A stretch of 20,000 nucleotides of DNA from Mesotaenium endlicherianum (lineage: Eukaryota), in assembly GCA_009602735.1 (NCBI GenBank), contig WELA01000374.1, forward strand, positions 160,809 to 180,808. Direction: 5' to 3'. Both the position numbers and the translations under genes were made by a program. Numbering within the stretch: position 1 is the first letter of the stretch; every line of letters starts with the position of its first letter. This document shows, in pieces, positions 7,944 through 17,090 of the stretch. The notes under the pieces are model-generated. The model was given only the letters and a program-made list of their open reading frames with translations, was not told the DNA's origin and made no database searches.

Positions 7944-10467
7944 CTGCACAATCCGAGTGGCGTCATACGGCAGCTGTCAGCCAACCAACGGCGCACATGT
8001 GCAGCTCATATCTGCTGCCGGCGTCATTCAATGGGACGTTAACTTTTGCTACCTTGAATCTGGATAACTGAAAAAGGATAGAATATACAAACTCGGAAAA
8101 AGGAACAGGAGAGAGACAGACACCCAAGCGAGGAGATGTGCAGAATGCTACTGATGATAGCGTCACCTGGACGACTATCAAGAGCCGTTATTTCTTTCTG
8201 ACAGAGAATTGTGAAAGAGCCTCTTGCTACCGGCTACATACAGCGAGACCAAGAGCCTTCATCCACAATCTCTCAGAGCTGTCAAGAGTCCAAAACCTTG
8301 GTCAAGGTGGTCAAGGTGGTCAAGGTGGCCAAATTTCAGAGACTTCAGTCAAAGTACTCGGAAGTTCTCACGCCAGGACATTCCACAAGGATCTTCAATC
8401 CTATGAAGCATCAACCCTCTGAAGGCACCCACCAAGGGGCTGGCTAGCTGGCATGAAGGCGGCAGGGCGCAGCGGAGGGACTCACCGCGAGTGACTGCCA
8501 CATGGTAGGTGGAGCTGATGTGTCCCGGAGCAGAGACGGTGACATTGAGCCAGAACTGCCCATTCTTGCTGGTCAGCTTGACGGGCAGGCTGGCTGTCGC
8601 GTTCTCCACCGCCTCCTTGTTGACGACAATGGTGTAGGCGTCAAAGTGCTGCCAGGGCCGGGGCAGAAAAAACAAAGGAGAAGCGATTTGAGCATCAGCA
8701 AGGCGTGCACAACATGCTTGATCCTCCTTCTGATCCTTCATTGTGATGAATTTCGTGTGATACATGGACACATATCTATTTATTTACATATACATATACA
8801 TATGTACATATGTACATATATATGTATAGATATATATATATGAATACATATACATATATATGAATACATATACATATACATATATATATATATATATATG
8901 AATACATATACATATACATATATATATATGTATATATATGTATAGATGTTTAGCGTTGGTGCAAGAATGTGGTGCACATCCCATATATATATATATATAT
9001 ATATACATGTCTATGTCTATGTATAGTTATGGCCATGTGCACCACATGCTTCTGCACGTTCAGAGCCTTGAAGTTAAGGAGTGGCAAACTCCAAATACAC
9101 TGCTCAGCACCACTCAGAAAATCTGCACTGGATGCCACGAGACCTTTCAAGTGAACACACAAGCTGCCAACCTACTTGCCAACTAAGGAATATCAATTGA
9201 TGCAGCCAGAGACAGCATTAAACGAGATATTTGAGCACACCGGCTGGAAAAACACACAATCACACGCGATCCTGGGCAGCCAAGGCAGCACCTTGGACTC
9301 AAGACAGCAAGGCAGCTTCAACAGAAAACTTGCACAAGTACAACTCATAACCCTGCCTATCTGAAATTCGCCATGCCACTGAACATGACTGTAGAGTGTC
9401 TCTCACTTCGGCAGAACTGCCACTCAAGCTTCAGGAGCAAGTCTGCAGCTGCCACGATTTTGAAATCGTAAATGGCTCAGTGCTGAAGGGTAAACGCTTG
9501 AGCTAGGGGCAATGTTGTGCAGCAATAGACTTTCCAAAAGGATGTCCAGCCCCCCTTCACAGCCCCCACCACTAGCTCCAATGCAGCCACTCGGGCAAAA
9601 GGCAAGAGTTTGGAAAAGTACCTCTGAGGACCCCAGAATTGGCACCAGCGAAATGCTCTTTGACTTGGTCTCGACGGTGTACCAGAAGTGCTTCCTCTTG
9701 AAAGCAGGACTCAGCTCAGAGCTGGGAGACGTTGTCAAGTTCTTCAGGTATGCATGGCGAGGAGGAGGTGGAGGGCTGTCGGGTGCATCAGGTGCATCGT
9801 GGGGAGCGTCAGGTGTCTCGCCAGGAGCGTCAGGATCGACATGAGGAGCGTCCGGGCTCTCGTGGGGGGCATCAGGCGACTCCCCAGGGGTGTCGGGGTC
9901 GTCGTGAGGGGCGTCAGGCGACTCCCCAGGGGTGTCGGGGTCGTCATGAGGGGCATCAGGCGACTCCCCAGGGGTGTCGGGGTCGTCATGAGGGGCATCA
10001 GGCGACTCCCCGGGGGTGTCGGGGTCGTCATGGGGGGCATCAGGCGATTCCCCAGGGGTGTCGGGGTCATCATGGGGGGCATCAGGTGACTCCCCAGGGG
10101 TGTCTGGGTCGTCATGAGGGGCATCAGGCGATTCCCCAGGGGTGTCGGGGTCATCATGGGGAGCATCAGGTGACTCCCCAGGTGTATCAGGGTCGTCGTG
10201 AGGGGCATCAGGTGTCTCCCCAGGAGTATCAGGGTCGTCCTGAGGGGCATCAGGGGTGTCGGGGTCATCCTCATGGTGAGGAGCAGGCTCGTCAGGGCCA
10301 TCATCCTTCTTGTGATGGGCTAATTCAGGAACATTTGTGACTTCCACCCGAGGGTTGTCTAATGTCAGCGAACTGACACCACTCTCCTTCACAAGAATAC
10401 GCTGTTCCGATACATGAGCTAGGGCAAGAAGCGCGACGCAAAGGACAATGAATTTGAGACCCGCCAT
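7741..10467 (-). CDS. Predicted type-I membrane protein (signal peptide, Asp/Pro/His tandem repeats, cadherin-like beta-sandwich, TM helix): complement(join(7741..7943,8486..8648,9622..10467)), 403 aa
   Basis: ATG at 10467 (ATC ATG GCG) begins hydrophobic [20 protein letters not shown]. Donor GAG|GTACTT (phase 0), acceptor GGCAG|CAC, donor G|GTGAGT (phase 1) and acceptor GTGCAG|TT are all phase-compatible. TM segment [26 protein letters not shown] is followed by KKAR. N-glycosylation sequons NLT, NAT and NVT lie in the ectodomain. Confidence 0.88.
8299..8329. repeat. 9-bp tandem repeat (GGTCAAGGT)x3, intronic
   Basis: tggtcaaggtggtcaaggtggtcaaggtggc. Confidence 0.85.
8486..8648 (-). CDS. Membrane protein exon 2: second half of the beta-sandwich
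   Basis: [54 protein letters not shown]; polypyrimidine acceptor and GTGAGT donor. Confidence 0.88.
8771..9010. repeat. (AT)n/(ATAC)n microsatellite in intron 1 of the membrane-protein gene
   Basis: atatatat/atacatat runs visible directly. Confidence 0.92.
9622..10467 (-). CDS. Membrane protein exon 1: signal peptide, repeats, first half of the beta-sandwich
   Basis: 282 codons ending [44 protein letters not shown]. Confidence 0.9.
9862..10239 (-). repeat. Coding 42-bp tandem repeat, 9 full units of DDPDTPGE(S/T)PDAPH, with degenerate units on both sides (~9780-10270)
   Basis: 378 bp = 9 x 42. Units differ almost only at synonymous positions. Confidence 0.95.
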
Positions 10468-10532
10468 GATGTGCAGCTTGGTATGCGAAATTGGCAACAG
10501 CAGAGTAAGATATTTAAGGAATAATTGCAGCC

Positions 10533-10538
10533 TTTATA
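10533..10538 (-). promoter_or_regulatory. Candidate TATA box (TATAAA) of the membrane-protein gene
   Basis: CCTATAAAGG on the minus strand about 65 nt upstream of the ATG. Motif and position only. Confidence 0.45.
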
Positions 10539-10949
10539 GGGGTCGTGCCAGTTCATGCACATAAAGGCCCCAAAGTCTATTAAAGTCCAATAGGCCGCTG
10601 CGGGCAAGCATGGGAGTCGCATCGCGGTGGTCCCCAATTGTGCCCAAATGTCTCCGCTGGTCCCCACACGGAATGGAATCAACTGGAATCATCTTAAACT
10701 CCGCTCAAACTAGTGGACGACAAGATGGCGTAGGAGGGCGAGAAGCAGGCAAGGGGAATACCACGATGGCATTTCCAGCTGGCGCGGATTGGAGCCGACA
10801 TGTGTGTAGCGCTTGAACTGATGACGCTTAATGAACATATAGTGTATATGACTTTAATAGGTGGTAAAGGTACCACTAAGTGGATTTGTAATGTCAGCTA
10901 TCTCGATGATTTGTGCAATATCTTGCATCGTTAAAGTCTCGTGTAGTCT

Positions 10950-13900
10950 CGACTCTCGTCCCTTCGATCAAGAGCTCCACTCTCCTACTAGAGTACCAAG
11001 CGGTGCCGCAAAGCTTGGTGCTGGTTTGTCCTCGACGGACCGAGTCGGCATGCGGTTGACTGCGAACAATTCGCGAACAGCTGCGAGGACTTGCGAGTGC
11101 TTGCGAGGATCTTCGAGGCGATCAGCATTCCTTCGGCGCCGAAATACAAAAAAAGAAACGAGCAGAACCAGACGGAACGACTCACCTGGGTGCGACTGTG
11201 GTACATAGGCGGGATACATATTTCCAGCATATATTGGTATATTGTATATCTCGTACTGGTGCGCATCTGGACCAAGGTCAGGCGGGAAGCCTGGTATTGA
11301 CGCTTGACCAATTAGCAGGAGCACGCGTAACTTGAAGTCTGCTCTCATGCGCTGTCCCCAAACACCGTAGCGACTTTTACCACTTTGACGACGCAGTACG
11401 CGTGGCGCAAGTCACGGCCGTCCAGGTATAGAAGGTCAACGTTGACTCCCCGACCAAATGACTGACCTTTGCACAGTCAGCATTGAAAGTCAAATTCTAT
11501 GTCACACGAGAGAGTGACGGTGACGAGTCAAAATCGACATCTAGGGATGGGTGGGGTTTGACAGTAAGCTGCGAAGTTGACCCTACTAGGACCTGCAAGA
11601 GGTCCATGTCAGCAGGACAAGGAAGCTGACCCAACAGCTGGCTTAGCTTTGCCAAGTCAGGCAGAGCAGACATAACCATTTGCTTGGCGATCGGTGAGTT
11701 AAGCCGCGCCGAGTAAGCAAGACAACTCGGCACCAGCCTCGTAAGAGGGAGTTGCCACGTCAGACCTAACACAGTACGGACATGGGAGTCCTGCCACGAG
11801 AGTGTGCACGCCAATCGAAAGGCTAAGTGGACACGCACAACCGTCACGAGGTCTGCGTGCAGGATGAATATAAATTAAGTCATGCAAATGACACCCACGA
11901 GGCAAGACATGCATGCATGCGGCTGTGACTAAGTCATGGCAATCCCAAAGGGGACGTGCTTGCGTGGTGCCTGAAAGGCACGACCCTTGCACACTCCATT
12001 CTCATTTTGACCTGCCATTTCTGCCAGATCCAGGAAGTGAAGGTGGAAAGAAGAAGAGAGGAGAAAGGAGAAAGAGAAAGGCGCGAAGAAGAAGAAAAGG
12101 AGCTCCCAAGGCCACAAGAAGGCGAGGAGGCACGCTTCTACCTGTTAGGAGTTCTAGCGCAGATACGGACCGAACGTGCGAAAGGCATATAAAATGGTGA
12201 GTGCTGTGTTAGTTTCCAAGTTCTCAAAAGTCTCAATTGTCGAATTGGTGATAGCAAGAGCAGAACTAGCAAGTAACGCCCTCAGTGAAGAAGTGAGTGA
12301 GCCCAGCCAACAGTGGGATACTGTTAGGTGCAATTTTGAGCGAAGAGCTCAAACCCGACCGGCATAGATGCTATATTTTCATAGTTTTGTAAGCTGTGAC
12401 TTGGTGAAAGTTAAGCGAAAGCCTTGGTGGGCAATTTTCTCTGAACTTGGTGCTGAAGTGCATTTTGCTTAGACGTGATTTCTGCAAACTACAATGTGTT
12501 CACTTATGCAACCCTCAACTTGGGCGAAAAGCCTGTTGGAAGTAGGACGCTTCTGTCCTACAATGTAAGGAGAGTGGAGAGTAGGAAAACTTTTTTGCAA
12601 AAATTGCTAAGTCGTAAAAAGGAAGATGAGCTTGGTGCGGAAACACTAAGTGCTGATCCCTCACTGAATTGTGTAAGTGGAGGAAGACCAGAAATTGGTT
12701 AACTTCAGGCAAGCTGGCACCGACACACGTGCAAAGGGCGATCGACCAGGTCAAACCCCCACGTGCAGAGATGCACCAACTAGTCGACCATGGAAAGCCC
12801 ACACGTGGGAAGGACCACCGACATATCAAACACGTCGACGGCACACATGCTGAAGAGCATCACACGGGCCCTAGTCCCGACGCCGCTAGGCACAACAACT
12901 CAGTAATGCATACATGCTAGGGCAATGAATGTCTGTTGTTTGCGTTATGTGACTACGAGTGCCGTCAAGTACAAAATTCAGAAGTCAATGGGATCGTCAA
13001 TGGCATTCGGCTTGTCCTACTTCAAGTGATGTCGAATAACTTCAAAAGAACAAAAATGTTGAGGTGGTGCCTGGCCCGCGTTTTAGAGTCTACAATCAAG
13101 CGGTGGCTAGTTGCATCTGATTGACTTTGCTTCCGGTTTGGCTTCTTACCCTTAAACACGCTTGCCAATTTCCTTCATCAATTTTCTTTGCATAATAGCG
13201 ACAAGACGTGACTTCTAAGGATTTGGACTTTGATCCAAGATTCACCCTTTTATGTGCTCCTGGCACGCTTGGGTGTTTGTGCTAATTCTGCTCTAGAATC
13301 TTCTAGCAGATAGATCTATCTGCAATTCTAATGTTGCCAGGGAGTCAATCCTTCCTAAAAACTCATGACTTCTAACTTATTGTACAAGTCTGGATGGCAA
13401 GAGCAAAGACTTGAGAGAATCTCCAAAACGTCGTCAAAAGCGTGGCTTCTCAAATTCCTTCTGGCCTTGGAAACTTCTCCCTCCTTTGCGCCCTTCCTTC
13501 TCCTTCGCTCCCTTCTTGAAAATAAAAAGTGTGAATGAACTCAAAATGTGTCCCGCTTGTGCTTTACTCACGCACATGCATGCACAAGTTTGATCGAGTC
13601 AAGCTTAAACTTGAGTCAATAGTCATCCTCGCGTTGCCTCATTGATGTCGCGTGTAACTGCTCGATGTGTCAGCTCGTGACATGTCTGGCGTGCTTGTCT
13701 AGGCAGCTCACAATGCCGTGGTAAAATTTGTCATGGTAGTCTTGTGAAGGGACCAAACTCCGAGGTGGCCGTGCGTCTTACTTGGCAAGTGCTTGCAGTG
13801 CCATCCCTAGCCTCGCTGTGTGGCAAGCCTCACGGCAAACCTGGCTTGCATTTCCTCCACCCATCACAAGGCGTCGAAATTTCTTAAATTGCGACTATCA

Positions 13901-14200
13901 CTCTGCACGTGTAATGATAATGGACCTTAGTCTTGCAACGACCATGACAAGTCAGCTCGGCTTGGTCAATTGTGGTCAATAGACGCTCCCGTACTTGGGC
14001 TTGCCATGACTTCCGCCATGTGTGTCAGATCGTCCTTGCTGACAGTCGCGACATGCACTATGAACTTGATACGTTAGTCATGTGCCGGAAGTACTTTTCC
14101 ACCGATTCCAGTCGGCACGCGCAAAGTCAGCTCTAATATATCATGTCCTAGGGTCTCATGGCCGCTTTGAATACTTGAAAATGCTCTATAAGCCTCGATG
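10950..14200. pseudogene. Unidentified decayed coding or exon-like relics (pseudogene or transposon remnant)
   Basis: Exon-like blocks with splice signals (minus 11302-11186; plus 12028-12196) and a stop-interrupted protein-like minus-strand frame at ~13520-12920. No family recognised. Confidence 0.3.
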
Positions 14201-14562
14201 CACGTCGATCACGAATTAATGACTATGGTCATGCCTCGTCCCAACGCCGATAGAATTTTTCATTTCATCACTTCCTATATGATGCTCTCCTGCTTTTGCA
14301 ATTTTGTTGCCTATGTTCACCGTCATAATTGTCATACGCGATGACATCATGTTGAACTCAGGCTGGTGATTGAGACCAACATAAATCCACACTGATGCCA
14401 AATTCAATTAGATTCCTTCAGCAAGCAAATTGGAGCAAGCAATGGACCCTATAATAGAAGAACAACAAGGAGGATAAATTGTCAACAACATTCAACAAGA
14501 CACATGTAAACCTCACCAAGAGCCAATGAAGCATGCGCCCTTTGACCGATGGACAAATTACA

Positions 14563-14661
14563 TCAAAAACCTGGCAAGAGAGATAAATCGGCAACGCCAT
14601 TTGGCAGAGCGGCTATGTCTCTCACAAGAGCTAGCCGGTTTTTCCTCAACTCCTCATCCTC
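14563..14661 (-). CDS. EDD1: GlyRS terminal exon (EDEELRKNRLALVRDIAALPNGVADLSLLPGF*)
   Basis: Acceptor GCAG|GAG; stop TGA at 14565-14563. Confidence 0.92.
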   Translation of the reverse strand, partial: EDEELRKNRLALVRDIAALPNGVADLSLLPGF

Positions 14662-17040
14662 CTGCTTGTGGCACATGCACAAATACATGCCCAAGTAGTA
14701 GTGTCAGTGTTCACCCTCCTTCAAACCTCCACTTAAATCATAACCGGTTGGCAACAAATCCGCGATGCTTCGACCTGTATCTCTACATTCACATGGAGCA
14801 ATAGGGGTTTTAAGAATACAAAACATATGCTTGTGGAAATACTCACTCGCGTCAAGTGAGCAAAATTGACACAATGCCAAACGGTTGAACTTATTGAGCA
14901 TATTGAAGTGCTTGCGCACATTTGCACATAATCCTCGGCCGACATGCTCATTGCCGTCGCGGAGGACAAGGCGCATTGCACCAAGCGTTCCCATCGCAGA
15001 AAAACACTATCTACCACTCACACAACGAGCATCACTAAAAACTACACCTGTCACGGTTAGCTGAGAACATCCGTTGCTTAGATCATGAAGAACTTGAGTA
15101 CATGCTCAATGCTAAGTCCTCGAGAGTGACACGTAAGGGCTATCCCCCCAACAAGTTACTCTACTACCAATTTAACGACGGCGTGCGCATCTTGGCACAA
15201 GTTTGATTGCCATATGTAAGATGCAAGGTCTTGAGCCAATGGAAGGGGTTTGACTAGGATGACTTTGACGCATGCAAATGCAAGACGCACAAGCTTGGGG
15301 AGTGACGTAAGAGATGATGCAACACTTTCACTGCCCTATTAGTATTTATTTTTTTGGCAAAAAAAGGTTGTAGATTCTTCGGTTTTTAACCTCTAAGGGT
15401 TGACCCTGCACGGGTATAGAATGAGAGGTGGCATGAAGTGAGAAGGGTCAGGGGTGTAAGGTTTTTGTTTAGGGTTGAGGGTTTAGATTCACTCTCGAAG
15501 TGAGAACAAACGGGCTTATGCCCAACAAATTAGGTTAAATGTGGGTTAAAGATTTAGGGTGTAGGTATACAGTGTATCTCTTAGGGTGGAAGGCTCATGC
15601 TTTAGAATTTTGGACTCGCATGCAAGGTAAATCTGGGATTAGGGGTCAAGGTTTTGGGTAAAAAGGGAGAGTTTTCTCACGGCCATGACAAAGACGTTGC
15701 TGAAGAACTTGTCCAAGGGCTCAATGAGCACAAGTGATGCGTCCGCAAACTCGTCCACGCTCACGCCTGCCAAGTGGCACCCGCACGCTCGTGGGCACAG
15801 CATGCGTGCCACATCAGCATCACCGTGCCATAGGCCCTAGGGGCTAGACAGAAGAACGACGGGTTAGAAATTGTTGGCCCAGCACGCGCATGCCGGGGGG
15901 GTAGACCGCGGAAGAGGAGTCCATACGAGATTCCAAAACACGTTAAGGGGTTGGGGTTTGTGTGGCGGCAACTTCACATTGCTCGACGTGAGGGTTCTGA
16001 AGTGAGGGTGCTAATTGCAACACACTGTCCCTAATCTTTCTTACATCTTCTCGCTTACGTATTCTCTCGTTAAAGCCATAAACGACGAGCTCACGCGCGC
16101 GCTCGCCAGCACGTACATAGTCACGGTCGCGAGAAAAAGGCGCCGAATGACTATATGGGTAGTGACACTCCCACTATTAAAGCCTCCCTCCGCACAGAGA
16201 GAGCCATACACACAAGAGAGTGCAACAGTCCCTCCTTGCTTGGCCGCACCTTCTCCAGACTAAGTTACCGTAAGTTACCGAAGATAATACTCGAAACGGG
16301 GCTGCCGCAAAGTGCCTAAGTTTTCAGAAATGCCATAAACGATTGATTTAAAATGGCAAAAAAAGTGCCTTCAAAAAATGCCTTTGAAAAAATGCCAAAC
16401 AGTAAATTCCAGAAGAATGCCAAAATATTGGGAGGTGAACCTTCTTCCCGGCAAGCGTGGGCTGGGCCAGTCAGGGTTTGCGGTTGGGCTATTGGGTGCA
16501 CTGCACACAGCAGCACATGCTGCGCCTCGGTTCACCCAAAGACTGCGAACTCGTTTGGTGACTTGGTGAGGGAACAGTTTGAGGTGATGACTCGGCTCAG
16601 GATTCGGGTTCGCAATTTGGAGTTTAGAGTGGGTGGAGAGCGAACGTGAAGCCAGGCGCTTTAAAATCTCCACAGGCGAGGGCCGCTCGTCAAAAGCACG
16701 AGACCTTGCTCTCTCCCGAGGCCCTCTCATTCCCTGAGGCCCTTCCCAAGGAAGGTTCGGCGCACCTGGACCTGATTTAGGATCCCGGTCCGTTCCAGTT
16801 ACCCATTCAACGCACCTGGACAAACATCCAGCCCAGGCCCTACTCCCTGGCAGGGTTCGAGGTTCGGCGCACCTGGTCTGATTTGGGAGGCCGCGCTCTG
16901 ATAGGCCGCCCACAGCTCCCGCTCCTCGTCCACCTCAAAGCGCTCCTCGCTGACCTGGACGCAACAATCGCAGCGTAGGATTCACATACTAGGGTCTAAG
17001 ACCTGGATGCAACCACACGAGCGTGCGTGTTTGCGCGCGC

Positions 17041-17090
<50 letters not shown>

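Noticed and set aside
7495..8067. Plus-strand 190-aa ORF with an acidic stretch
   Set aside because: Antisense shadow of the TM-encoding exon on the minus strand.
9424..9621. C-terminal part of the 357-aa ORF ([13 protein letters not shown]...)
   Set aside because: Read-through into intron 1. The beta-sandwich continues properly only after splicing at 9621 to 8648.
9862..10239. 42-bp array as a CRISPR or non-coding satellite
   Set aside because: No unique spacers, the unit length is a multiple of 3, and variation is synonymous within an ORF that has a signal peptide.
10861..10876. Hairpin GTGGTA-AAGG-TACCAC as a Helitron 3' end or terminator
   Set aside because: Only a 6-bp stem, with no correctly spaced CTRR terminus.
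14418..15017. Ulp1-protease-like words (HWLLV, VDSVF) and a second NRLAL in minus-strand ORFs
   Set aside because: They fall in the GlyRS 3' UTR and last intron, no catalytic Q..N..DCG motif was found, and the true NRLAL exon is 14661-14563.
15039..15215. Protein-like plus-strand frame (RCLDHEELEYMLNAK...KGYPPNKLLYYQFNDGVRIL) in the last GlyRS intron
   Set aside because: Short, bounded by stops, with no recognisable family. It cannot be supported without a search.
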